The notes under the pieces: model-generated
What the model was told of the DNA's origin: nothing
The model's database searches: none
Seen by the model: only the letters and a program-made list of their open reading frames with translations
NCBI RefSeq assembly: GCF_009834535.1
Contig: NC_045697.1
Location: 38,628,001 to 38,692,000, forward strand
Source of the DNA: Camelus ferus
Taxonomy: Eukaryota
DNA: 64,000 nucleotides
Direction: 5' to 3'
Position numbers and translations under genes: made by a program
In this document: one piece after another, positions 1 to 11,949 of the stretch
Position numbering within the stretch: position 1 is the first letter of the stretch
How the letters are laid out: every line of letters starts with the position of its first letter

Positions 1-316
1 TGAACAAGGTGCAATCCCTGTGGCCAGGGAAGTTGCATCCAGGAGCTGTGGTGTGCTTCGTGGCAGTGTAATAGATGTCTGCATATGCACAGATGGAGAA
101 CAGAGGAGGGAGTCGATCTTTCTGGCCAGAGTGTTCAAGGAAGGCCTTCCAGAGTATGTGACTCCTGGACTGTTTGGGGGGATAGTTAGGAGTTCTCGAG
201 GCAAAGGGAGAAAGGCATTTCAGGGAGAAGAAGAACATCTGTAAAAGCTTGAAGGCACAGAGTCCCAAAACAGATCCAGAGTGATCCTTTTTTGATATCA
301 CACAACCACAATGTGG

Positions 317-698
317 TATGTCAGTTCACTAGGGCTTCCATAACAAAGTACCACTGACCCAGTGGCTTAGCACAATTTATTTTCTCATTATTCTGCAGGC
401 GAGATGTCCAAGATCAAGGTGTCATTGGTGTTGGTTTCTTCTGAGGCTTCTTTCCTTGGCTTGTAGATGGCTTGTCTTTTCTCTGTGTCCTCACAGGGTC
501 TTCCCTCCATGTGTGCCTGTGCCCTAATCTCTTCTTTTAAAGATACCAGTCATGTTGGGTTAGGGACCACCTTAATGACCTTTTTATCTTAGTTACCTCT
601 TTAAAGACCTTGTCTCCAAATACAGTCACATTCTGAGGTACTTGTCGGGTTAGGACTTCCACATATGACTTTGGGCAGACACAGTTCAGCTCATAACA
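317..698 (-). mobile_element. MaLR solo LTR (MLT1B/C-like)
   Basis: Reverse complement begins TGTTATGAGCTGAACTGTGTC; internal CCAAATACAGTCACATTCTGAGGTAC and CATAACAAAGTACCAC blocks are typical of MLT1; family by recall. Confidence 0.8.
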
Positions 699-1714
699 CA
701 CGGTGTGGCACAACAGAAGTATGAGCAAAGTGGACAGAAGCCAGAGGAAGGTGTGCTTAATTATCACTGGGCTTGGGGATTTGGGAAAAGCTTCAAGGAC
801 ATAGATCTTGAAGAATGACTAGAATTTCATCATATTGGGAAGGAAGAAATGACATTTCTGGCCCAGGGGTCAAAGCCAGTCCAAGTGCTGGGCCTGCCTT
901 GCAGGACCTCAGCATGTGCCATGACCCTTCCACCCAAGTGTCCAGGACCTGCCATTCCCTGCTGTGGGTCGGTTACCACCATCTCTGCCTTTGACCCCTG
1001 ACTTGTGAGAACCACAGTGTCTACCCACCTGGAACTTCTCACCATTTGTTCCAGGGACCCCTGCCCTCTTTTAAAAGAGTTTTATTGATGCTGTATCTTC
1101 ATTTTCTGCAACAGCAAAACAGCAAAATATCTTTCTCCCTCTATGCTTCCCCGGAAGAGGAGACAGCTGTTCCTTCTCCCCCCATGTGACCTGATAGGTG
1201 CCACCACGCCCCTTCCTTCCTCTCCGGAAGTAGCATCTCAGTCCTCAGTCTTGTTGTGGTGGCACCAGAGAGCATGGCCCATTTGACATGTTGCCAGCAC
1301 CTGAGTCTGAACTGAAATATACTGAGACCATGTGGTCCCTTAAAGATGTGCCAGCCACCAAGTACTTGTGCATCAGAATGTACTTCTGCTATCTTTTTTT
1401 AACTGAACAGTTTCTTCTTAAAAGTATTCTGGTGTTCCAGAGCTAGGAAAAGCCCTGCAAAATTCCTCTTAGATTAGTAAAATTATAGGATTCAGGCAAT
1501 TGCTGCGTACCGTGTCCTAATATATGCTATTTACACGCGTGTTTGAAATCACAACTTGGCCACATTAGGTTTATTTAACCAGTAAGACCCCACATGTTTC
1601 AGTTGACTCACTCATGTTTACTGAGCGGTGTGCTCCAGGATTCAGGGAGGTGTGTGTGTAAAAGATATGGTACCTAAAGAAACTGAAAGGTGTTTGAAAG
1701 AAATAATGAAGACA

Positions 1715-1975
1715 TTGTTTCCCAGAGTATGTGCAAAGGAACACTAGTCACGGTGAATATCCAGAAAGTCGTTTCCACGGCCAGACAAGTTTGGGCAGCA
1801 CTGCCTAGTCTCTGATCTTTTGGAGCACAGTAATGATATCAGCATATCAAAGACTCTGAAAGATCCCATAGTAAAGAAGCATACTTAACTTTGTTTTATG
1901 TGGATTCTCAAATGTACTGATCTTTGAATGAGAACCTGGTGCTGCCCCCACAGAGCATATCCTGAGAAACTCTAG
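1715..1975. mobile_element. ancient hAT-Charlie/MER-type DNA transposon remnant
   Basis: AGCATATCAAAGACTCTGAAAGATCCCATAGTAAAGAAGCATACTTAACTT resembles, in reverse, the segment at ~9660-9712; family not pinned down. Confidence 0.4.
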
Positions 1976-4129
1976 CCTAAGACATTGATGATGTTCCAAA
2001 TGAACTGTGAGAGGAAATTCTGCTTCTCATTTGGAAGTGTACCATATAAATCCAGTGCTGAGAAATTGTATGCTTTTATTATTTTAGGTTTAGAAATGAA
2101 AATGTAAGAATTGCATCCTTATGACAAATGGAAAATGAATCAGATTTGCTTGACTTGCCCGTTGATTTTTAATTTGTAGAATCTTCTGTATAAACTAGCA
2201 ATTACGATGATGCAGCCATCAAATGGTATGTAATTATACCCATGAAATAATGGATTGTGAGCACTTTTTTAAATGAAAAAAAAATCCCTAAAGTAATTAT
2301 TGGATGATGAAAATAAATTAATTTAATTCAGTACTTAAAGAAGGAAAATTACTGTGATCCCTGAAGCAATGTATATGCAGATACAGGTTCTTTCATGTGA
2401 AAAATTACAGCCAAAAAATGCTAAAATATTAAATAAATGTGGCACCCACTGCTTTTTCTCCTATAAATTCAATTAAGATGGCGGATTTCCACAGAGGCTG
2501 GTAAGCAGATGTTACACAGCTAGTAAGACATGGGATCAGGATTCGGGTCAACTACTCTTGTCACATACACTTAACCCCTAACTTGAGCTGCAGTTAGTAA
2601 AAAAAAACCTTAGTAGAAATTATATTTCTTTCTTCTCCACTTCCCCTCTCCCCACTGCCGCAACTACCTAACAAAAGTAAATTTCTGTTGTAAGATTCTA
2701 AAATGCCATCCTAAATACTTTGATGTCGGAAGCTACTTTGCTAAACCATACTCTCTCTACATGACCATTGTATTTTGGAATATTTCACAATAGCATTGCA
2801 GAAGTGCTCTGTTTTACTACATTGTGAAAATTGCTTTAATCTTTCAGGCTCCATCTGTACAAAAATACTGACAGTAACAGTTGGCATTATTAGTCAAGAG
2901 AATAGCAGTTAGTGATGACCATGTACTTAACCCAGTTGATTATGTGGAGACAGACTGTTAATACAGTCCCCAAATCATAAGTTGATCATAAAATAATTTA
3001 TTGAATGGATATGTGTAGACCACAAGCTCAGGTTTTCATGATGATGGTTGTGGCATAGAATTGCAAAAGCTTCATAAAATTTAGGTACTTGGTTTTTTGA
3101 TATGAAAGATCTTAGACCTATACATTGAGAATCAAACTGGGGAGTCAAGTAAATAAGTGTGTAACTTCTTTCCTGATATATAAAATTTCATTCCCTATTA
3201 AGTTGCTTAATCACCGTTTGCTGTCTGAATGTTGGATGGGCCTAATTGCAATTACTGAGTTTTTTCCAAAGTTAATCCTGGAAAATTAATTGCCACAGTC
3301 AATAATAAAATAATTGTAAAAATAAGCTTTTCGATTTTATTTGAAATTTAAAGATACTTCTGAAAGGAATGTGTAATTCATTTTGCAAGTGAGCATGGGG
3401 ATTTTTTTTTTATAACTGAGATGTCACCAAAGACTAAGACTTTGAGGCAGACTTCTAACAACAGTGTCTGTGTTCTGACTCCTCCTTCGAGGAAAGATTG
3501 GCGTTAGGGGTTAGAATTTTTTGTTTTCTCATGGTAAGGATTGGTTGTTGGATGGAGAGTTCAAGTAGGTTTTACTGTTTCTTTACCTTCCCAGTAATAA
3601 GTAAGGCATTGATGAAACAGCCTTTCCCGATAGTTTATGAGAAGGGTGCTGTCTGACATCTGGACTTTGGCACGTCTTCCAGGATGATGTCTGTGGACTC
3701 ACGCCAAGTGATTGCCTACATAACCTGCAGCATAATGTGCCAGATTGCCTGGTTCACAAGCAATTCTCAAGTGGCCAGCTCTGCAGATCGCCTGACAGAG
3801 ACCATTTTCTGCTTGCATGAAGCCACCAAGTTCTCCAAGCTGAGGCTTCCATCTCCTGGTGTCCTCTCCAAGACTGTCTGTTCACTTTCTGTCTGCACCC
3901 CCACTGCCCAACAATATGACCAATGCAGCAAATATTGTATATGGTGGCTGCCACCATTTAAGACAGTGAGGCAGTACAAAGGCCCTCATCAGCCTTCTTG
4001 GCTGACCATGTAGACCAAGTTGCCCATCAGTTAAATACACAAGTAACTCATTCAAGGAGCTATAATTTGTCTTTAGTTATAGTTACTTCCCTTGGTTCCA
4101 GCTCAGCTGAACCCCACCAAATCTACCCC

Positions 4130-4197
4130 GACTTCAGAGCAAGTGATGACTCCTTTTTCCTGAGACTTTAGAGCAAGTGATGACTCCTTTTTCCCGA
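4130..4197. repeat. 34-bp tandem duplication (2 copies, 2 mismatches)
   Basis: GACTTCAGAGCAAGTGATGACTCCTTTTTCCTGA followed directly by GACTTTAGAGCAAGTGATGACTCCTTTTTCCCGA. Confidence 0.95.
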
Positions 4198-4990
4198 CAC
4201 TAAATTCGAACAATCTAAAATTCTCTACTTAGTTTGAAAGCTAGGTGTATGGATCCAGGCTGGGGGTAATGACGTCATAACTGATACTTTTAGAATTTTG
4301 CTGTGCTCTTTTAGAATATTTCTGATTAGAGAATTTGGGGTTAGGTATTTCTACAGTGGGGAAAAAACAATTGACATAAAAGAAAAAAAGAATTTACTTC
4401 AGAAATAAATGAAGTGTAACATAAAGTACATGTTTGACCATTTACTGTGATGCTATCAAACCTAGAAATCAGATGTCACTTACATATTTTGAACCTTGGA
4501 CAGTCGTAGTGAAAGCATTCACTTATTTCACCAGTTGGTGCCCAAGACCAATTATATAATAATGTAATGATACCTGTGGTGCCTTCTAGAATTGTTTTAT
4601 TAAAATTTTTTCAGTTGACTCATTTTATATAGAGTCAGTTCTTCTAACACTTGCCTAATGTGCTTTGATGGTCTTCAACAACTACTGACTATAATTTTTT
4701 AAATTCTCTGTTGGACATTTTACTGATGGGAACCAAAAGTAGGTTTCATAAAAATCTCTGGTCTATACTCCTGAATAAATAACCACTGAAAATATATAAA
4801 CATTCTGAAATCAAATCCTCCAGTTTTTTTACTTTTTACCATTTTTAAATGATATGATCTCAGTTATATTGCACATTCTCTTGCCTTTTCAATAATGCAC
4901 AGTGAAAATAATTTAACTCTTTGAGGACTGCATGCCTAGCACAATGCCTTATGTATGTGGGGCATCTGCTGTGTTATAAATCTCCTTTCC

Positions 4991-5316
4991 TTTTATTATT
5001 TTTTTATTTTATTTTGTTTTTTATTGAAGTATAATTGATTAATTGATTTACAATGTTGTGTTAGTTTCAAGTGTATAGCAAAGTGATTCAGTTATACATG
5101 TACATATATATATATTCTTTTTCAGATTTTTTCCATTATAGGTTATTACAAGATATTAAATATAGTTAGTTCCCTGTGCTATACAGTAGGTCCTTGTTGT
5201 TTGTCTGTTTTATATATAGTAGTGTGTATATGTTAATCCCAAACTCCTAATTTATCCCTGCCCCCTACCCCTTTCCCTTTTGGTAACCACAGTTTGTTTT
5301 CTATGTTTGTGAGTCT
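4991..5316 (-). mobile_element. 5'-truncated L1 3' end
   Basis: T-rich tail, TTGAAGTATA and TTCCCTGTGCTATACAG L1 3'UTR motifs; degenerate TSD TAAATCTCCTTTCCTTT (4977) / TAAATCTCTTTTACTTT (5317). Confidence 0.85.
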
Positions 5317-5888
5317 TAAATCTCTTTTACTTTAAAGGGTGAGATAAAACATTGTTTTGGGGATTGATGAAGTTTGAAAGTGTGTTTGCACCTGTACTAA
5401 GGATCCCAGACTGTTGTCTATTGTAATTGGTGATTATTCTTTCTGTGTTCTCCCTTCCTCACATCACATTTTCTGTGTGAACTCTTAGTGAGGCCAGAAC
5501 TGCAGGTCACCAGAGGAAATGAGATGACTGCCTTGAACATCATTAACCTGGATCTTTATACCCAGATCTCTCCGTAGACTTTGGCCAGCAGAGATCTGGG
5601 GACTCTGATACCCAGTTGGGGGCTCGTACCTGTGTGTTTTTTGCAGGTACTTTTCCATACACCAATGTGCTTCCATCTTTCCTTTTCCCTCAGAGCTCCT
5701 GGCTCCCGCTTCAAAGATATGTTTCCCATGACAGACAAGTAATTTCATCTCTCTGGGCATCAGGTTCCTCATCTGTGAAATAGGGATGTTAGTAGTATGT
5801 ATCTCCCAGGGTTGTTTTGAGGATAACTGAGTTAATATCTGTAGAGTTCTTTGAGCAGTCATGCATAGTAAGGGTTTAAAAAAAAAGA

Positions 5889-6031
5889 GGGGGGAGGGTA
5901 TAGCTCAAGTGGTAAAGCACATGCTTGGCATGCATGAGGTCCTGGGTTCAATCCCCAGTATCTCCTTTAAAAAATAAATAAATACATAAACTTAATTACC
6001 TCCCCTCCACCAAAAAAAAAAAAAAAAAAAA
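5889..6031 (+). mobile_element. tRNA-Ala-derived SINE (camelid vic-1-like)
   Basis: A box TAGCTCAAGTGG, B box GGTTCAATCC, AT-rich spacer, poly(A) tail; two more copies in the window. Confidence 0.85.
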
Positions 6032-6559
6032 GATTGACCACTGGATAAATGACTCTAAGCTTCTTAAAGAAAAGGAAAGATCTGAGAAGATGCTCCTTCT
6101 AATAGAGGGTGATTTGTACTTTCTTTTCTCAGGGAAACATGGAGTCATTTGGAAGAATTTGTATCTTAAGGAGCAGAACTGAAAAGCATTACCTAAAATA
6201 TCTGTAGGAAGTGCTGGCAGTGAGCCTGGGTCCCGACTGGATCAAGTAATATGTGGAAAGATGTTCATAGCAAGTCCTTTGGGGCTCTTCGTGGGAGATC
6301 TTAAAAGGGTACAGGAGGAATTAACTAGAAATATATGGGGATGGAGGGAATTGCGGGCAAAACTTACACCAAGTGTTGGCAGTTATCTTCTGTAATCTAA
6401 CAAAGTGTGAAAGAGAGTGATTCTCAGGGGAGATTTATATTGTATATAATATAAATCTTTTAAACACCTGTCTGACGTCGCTGTTTTTCTCATCCTCTTC
6501 CGTGGAGAGGGGCCCTGGCCATCTGCTTTGTCAAGGCAAGCAGGCACCACCTTTGTGCA

Positions 6560-7200
6560 GGGGGTGCCGAGCCGGCCACCATGAGGCTGGTTGAGAGCGG
6601 GAGGGCAGAGGCCGGGTGTCCTGGGCCGGCCTCGCTCGATGCTGCCGCGCGGACCCGCTGCCCGTGGGCGCTGGCGCGGGCCCCGGTGGCTCCTCGCTCC
6701 CACGGCCGCCCTTTGCCCCCAGCTTGCAGCGCAGCTCGGCTGTAATTCGCTCTTCGGCTCACAGGTGCAGCCCTGTCAAACTGCGGCGTGTGTTTATCTT
6801 GTGATCCACAGACAAGAAGAAGGGAGGCAAATTCCAGCCTTTTAAGAAGTTGTTTGGCAGAAGGAAAAAGAAAGGCACGTCGGTGTCCCGGGAGGGGTCT
6901 GCGGGACAGAAGAGTCGCTCTCCCCCGAGTGTCAGCAATGGGACCTTGTCTTCCGACGAGGAGATCCTGGAGGACAGTCTGAGGTAAGAACTCTTTGCAC
7001 TTTGTTTTCAGATCTTTGGTGGAGTTCCGGGGTGGGAGCGGGGTCCCGAAGGAGGCAGGGGGCAGCAGCCCGGATGGGTTCCACCTCCGGGAGGGTGGAC
7101 TGGGGGACGTGGTGCGTCCTGTGCGGAGGCGCCACCTCGGGGAGTTGACACACGAGGCTGGCCTCACTTGCTGGGAGAGCACAGGGACCTGCGCCTTCAT
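6560..7200. promoter_or_regulatory. CpG island / candidate CRACD promoter
   Basis: Abrupt rise in GC and CpG density (e.g. GCCGCGCGGACCCGCTGCCCGTGGGCGCTGGCGCGGG) against an AT-rich, CpG-poor background; surrounds exon 6812-6983. Confidence 0.7.
6812..6983 (+). CDS. CRACD: CRACD upstream coding exon (xKKKGGKFQPFKKLFGRRKKKGTSVSREGSAGQKSRSPPSVSNGTLSSDEEILEDSLR)
   Basis: ccacag acceptor, AG|gtaaga donor, 172 bp with an open frame (phase 1 to phase 2) that joins exon 25004 in frame; resembles the N-terminal K-rich motif I recall from paralogs CRACDL and KIAA1210. Confidence 0.8.
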
Positions 7201-7448
7201 TTTGCTGCCCTCACTGGTGGAGGAAGGCAGCACCTCACTGCCTCGGCTCAGCAAGCTTCCTTGGACTGAAGGAGATAATGTCCTTTCTCCGGTTGCCCGG
7301 CAGGGAGAAAGGGTGCTTCATACACTAGGTTTTACTCCTGCAGACTGTTCAGGCACCAGGTGTCACCCTTCATACCCCTGGCCATCTCTAGCAGCTTCTG
7401 GAACCTGCTTGCCATGCAGCTTTCAGTTTCTGCTCCTTGTTCCCCAAC

Positions 7449-7557
7449 TTCCCTCTCTTCCTCTCCCCTCTCCTACCTCCTCCTCCTCTCCCCTCTCCTC
7501 CCGCCTCCTCTCTCTCTCCCCCTCTCCTCTCTCTCCTTTTTCTCTCTCTCTCCCTCT
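7449..7557 (+). repeat. CT-rich polypyrimidine low-complexity tract
   Basis: ~110 nt almost exclusively C and T. Confidence 0.9.
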
Positions 7558-10500
7558 TAGAGCACAGGCACTAAGTCTGGCTGTGACAGTGTCGAGAACT
7601 CAAGCAGGGTCAGGAGGTACTTTCTCACCTGAGTGCTGGGAATTGAAGTCAGAGTCAGAGACTGTTAAGCGCTGCTACTGACAGCTCAGAAGTGGGCTCC
7701 TCTGAGAAGCCCTTTTCCACCACCTGGTCTGATTTGCTGGCCCTTGATTGCTTTTCCCCAGCATCGCGAGCCTGGTTCCTGCAAAGAACTTAGCGCTTTC
7801 TGTGGAAATGATTGATTGGCTTGTCTGTCTCTCTCACTCAGCTGCCAGGCCCACAAAGTCAGGGACCAGGTTTTATTCAGCCTCATTGTAGGTGCTCAAA
7901 AAGTGTTTCCTGTGACTGCCTGGCACGGCATTAAGTTGCCCTAGTACATGTTGAAGCCATAGATGATGTAATTTGTGACCCTACTGTGTTTCAAGGACAA
8001 AGATAAAAACACCCTCGGTGGGCTGTCTGTGTCAACTACACTTGAGCTCAGATTACAGAATCCTCAGGCAAGCTGGGCACATTAAGCTTTACAATATCCG
8101 CAACAGCATTTGTTAGTCCTAAGTAATGCTGATTCCTTTCCTCCAAAGGCCTGTGTTTATTTAACATTGTCTTTAGTAAGAAAACTATTGAATTTAACCG
8201 AAGGAAACTATTTCACTGAAAGGAGAACACAGCTAGCACCAAACTAACCCAATTGTTGGAATGTCAGTATGGATGTAGAGTTGAGGATTGTCCAGCATGA
8301 ATCGGGTTTGATTTTACTTCAGTTTCTTCCCTTGCAAAATAAGGATGTGAACCTTTTTTTGCCTCACAGCATCAGAATGAGGTATACATACTAAAATGTG
8401 ACCAAGTAGCAGTTTAATGCAAAATGAGATCAAGCCTGGATAGTTCTCCTTTGGAAGGACTGTCCTTTAAAGACACAACCCATCCTTTTTACAGCAGGTT
8501 ATGGTTTTGTCAAGTCTCTGATTGGACTCCTAGAGGAGCCTGGACCCTGGTTCTCTTCCCATTGAAGTTATATTCCATTTACCTCTTGGGGTTTTCCTTA
8601 AGGTTTTAAATTTTATAAAGCCTTGGGGAAATCTGCATTGGATCAAACAGCTGCATTTCTATTAAATATAGGTAATGCTACCTGTTCTTAATATTGACTT
8701 ACTGTTAAACCTATATTTATGAGACATGCTATATTTTAATTATTCAACATTTATTTGTATAAATAGGAGGCCGGAAGGGTAAACTTTGGATGATGAGTTT
8801 TAAAATGGCTCTTTATGTGTTTTTAAAATGAAAAAAGATAGGCAAATAGAAGTCAATTAAAATATATATTCCCTTTTTTTTCTCAGAAATTTTCAATTGC
8901 AAAATAGTTCCACCCATGAAGTATTACATGCATTGCTTACGGTGTAGCTGAACTTCTGATTATTCACCCTATTTACAGATGGAGAAAATGAAAAATGTTG
9001 TTTCCAACAATTCTTACTGTCAGCTCACTGCTCAGTTAACAGACATGTTACATTACGTTGTGTAAGGATTCAAAAAATGTCTGATTTATTTGCTATCTCC
9101 AAAATGGGCAGCTCTCACTTAAACACCAAACTCGCGATTTCATGGACATGATTTTGGGTGGAGGTTCCCAGGAGGCAGATTTCAGCCCATTGTGAGAGAG
9201 AATTTCCTCATTACCAGAGTTGCCTAGACATGGGGAAGCTGGGTGTGTGCCAAAGGGATTGGGACTGATGAAGGGGCATTTCTGCACTGGGTGGGCGTTT
9301 AAAGAAGCTGAACTTTAACAGGCTGTCAGACTCTAAGAATCTGTAATTCTAGAAATGTCTCCGTGGTCAAAAATAGCTCATTATCGATCTGTTCCTTCTG
9401 CCTGAATTTCTCTCATTTCCTTTGGGTTTTCAAGCATTCTGTTCTTTCTCTAGGTTAGAAGCCTTTATTTCTCCTAGGCTGCTGCTTTTAAGTTATACAT
9501 GCCTGTGGGAAAAGCAAAATAGTAAAACATGATCAATTTTAACAACTTAATATGACTTCCTTTATTAACTAAATACAGCTAATATTATGTTTCCCAAAGT
9601 GTTATATTTAAAAAGGGGGAGAGGGTCATTTTGACAAATAGGTTTGGGAAATTCTGGACCAAAATGAATTAAATAGGTTCCTTTACATAGGACTTTTCAG
9701 AGCTTTTACTATGCCAGTGTGCTCTGGGAATCTCCAAGAAGAGAGATGTACTTGGAAGCTTTTCCAAGATTCCTTTAACCACAAATCTTTTTTTTTCCAC
9801 AGAGAATACCCATTGGTGCACATTAAAGCTGCCACTTACTAAACTTAACACAGTGTGTTTTGAATAGGTGAACTCTTGTAATATTTACCATGACTCTCTG
9901 AGGTTGACATTATTACTCCCATTTCAAAGATGAGAAAACCAGGGCTAGAGAATGACTTGCTGGTGAGTTGCTGAGCCGCCAAGCAGTGATGAGTGCATTC
10001 ATAAGCATCCACTGTTCTGCCTCTCTATTCTGCTGCGGCCTTACTAGGGAGCTGATCACATGGTCCTGAGCTGTCCTGCTGGTCCTCAGGTCTCTTCCTG
10101 CCTTCAGCTGCCTGACAGAGGCACTGCTGGGACACGACTTGCCCTACTTCCAGTTTCTGCCTGACACCCAGCATTTACTGCATCATGCTCAGCTACGGCA
10201 CGCTATAGTAAGTGCCAGCTGTAAGCATGGTGAGAACTGAAGGGGCTCCATGGAGCGGGGGCTCACTCTGGGACTGGAGCAGACAGGAAGGGGCTCCAGA
10301 ATGAGGAGGCCTGCAGCTGTCTCCCAGCAATGGTCAGGACTTGGACTGGCTGAGAGGCACGGATGTTCCAGATCAGGATGGCATGAGTAGAGACTTCCAC
10401 ACAAGAATGACTATGGCAAATAGTAGAAGAGAAGGAAGCTTTCCAACTCACTCTGTGAGGCCAGTGATATCCTAATACCAAAACCAGGCAGTGACATCAC

Positions 10501-11108
10501 ACAAAACAGAAAACTACGGACCAATATCTTTTATGAATAAAGACATAAAAATCCCAAACAAAAGACTAGCAAACTAAATCTAGCAACATAGAAAAAGGAC
10601 CATGGCCAAATGGGATTTATCTCAGGAGTACAGGGTTTTCCATTTAACATGGAAAAATTAATCAGTATAACATACTCTGTTAATAAAAGAAAGGACAAAA
10701 ACCACATGATCATCCCAATACAAGCAGAAAAAGTATTTGAAGAAATCAAACACCTTTAGTAGTAAAAACACTCAAAGCTAGAGATAGAAAGGATTTTCTC
10801 CAACTTGATAAAAGACCATCTATGAAAATCTGCAGTTTACATCGTACTTAATGGTGAAAGAATGATCCCAGTGCCCTTGGGATCAGGAAAAAGACAAGAA
10901 TGTCTGTTGAACACAGTACTGTACCGTAAGTTATAGTTAGGACAGTTAGGCAAGGAAAAGAAAGAAAAGGCACCAATTTTGGAAAGGAGGAAAAAGAGCT
11001 ATCTATTTGCAGATGCCATGATCTTACATGGAGAAAATCCCAAGGAATCCACAAAATAAACTATTTGGCTAATAAATAAGATTGGGTAAGACTGCAGAAT
11101 TCAAGATT

Positions 11109-11340
11109 GGGGCTTTTGTATTTCAGTGTGTTTGCTGCTCCTGAGAAGAGTCCAGGCTTCCCACAGCCCTCCTTTTAGTCCCACCTGCCCTCCAGCCAGC
11201 CGGGGGGCTCGTCTTCCCTGTGTTGGATGGACCCTAGGACTGGGGTGCCCAATATGTAGCTTGAACCCCTCACTCCCCAGGGAGGATCTCTTCCCTTGTA
11301 ATCTCCATTTTCCTCTGAGTACCCTCCCTGTGGCACAGGT
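11109..11340 (-). mobile_element. inverted L1 5'UTR-like fragment inside the old L1
   Basis: GC-rich block whose reverse complement resembles L1 5'UTR sequence (compare 53040-53110); no poly(A) tail. Confidence 0.55.
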
Positions 11341-11763
11341 CTTCACACCCATTAGGAAGGCTATAATAGAAAAAAACAGACAATACTAAGTGTTGGTGAG
11401 GATGTGGAGAATTTGGAGCCCTCATATGTTGCTGATAATGTGAAATGGTGCAGCCACCTTTGAAAACAGTTTGCCAGTTCCTCAAAATGTTAAACATAGA
11501 GTTACCATATGACCCAGCAACTCCACTCCTAAGTATATACCCAAGAGAAATGAAAACATACATTCACACAAAAATTTGTGCACAAATGCTCACAGCAGCA
11601 TTGTTCATAATATCCAAAAAGTTGGAACCATCCAAGTGTCTATCAAAAGATGAATAGATAAATACATTGTGGTGTATATCCATACAATGGAATATTTGGG
11701 GGGAATTTTAAAAATGTAGTACTGATATGCATGGTATGACATGGATAAACTTTAAAAACATTA

Positions 11764-11949
11764 CATTTTTTTAAATATATTTTTCTTGAAGTATAGTCAG
11801 TTTACACTGTTGTGTCAATGTCTGATGTATAGCACCATAGTTCAGTCATAGGAACATTCATATATTCGTTACCATATTCTCCTTCACTATCGGTTACTAC
11901 AGGATATTGAATATAGTTCCCTGTGCTATACAGTATAAACGTACTTATC
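11764..11949 (-). mobile_element. younger 5'-truncated L1 3' end nested in the old L1
   Basis: Perfect TSD TAAAAACATTA at 11753-11763 and 11950-11960; TTGAAGTATAGTCAG and CCCTGTGCTATACAG motifs. Confidence 0.9.

Noticed and set aside
2461..2506. TATA-like + AAGATGGCGG + gtaagc donor as the missing first CRACD coding exon
   Set aside because: Phase 2 splicing to 6812 gives an immediate TGA; the phase-1 frame has a TAA and no ATG; the context looks MIR-derived
4130..4197. Box C/D snoRNA (GTGATGA...CTGA) or CRISPR-like repeat
   Set aside because: Boxes are only ~12 nt apart with no terminal stem; two abutting copies without spacers; eukaryotic DNA
6383..7681. ORFs of 106-254 aa over the CpG island
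   Set aside because: GC-rich or low-complexity chance ORFs with no recognisable domains; the supported frame is the spliced exon 6812-6983
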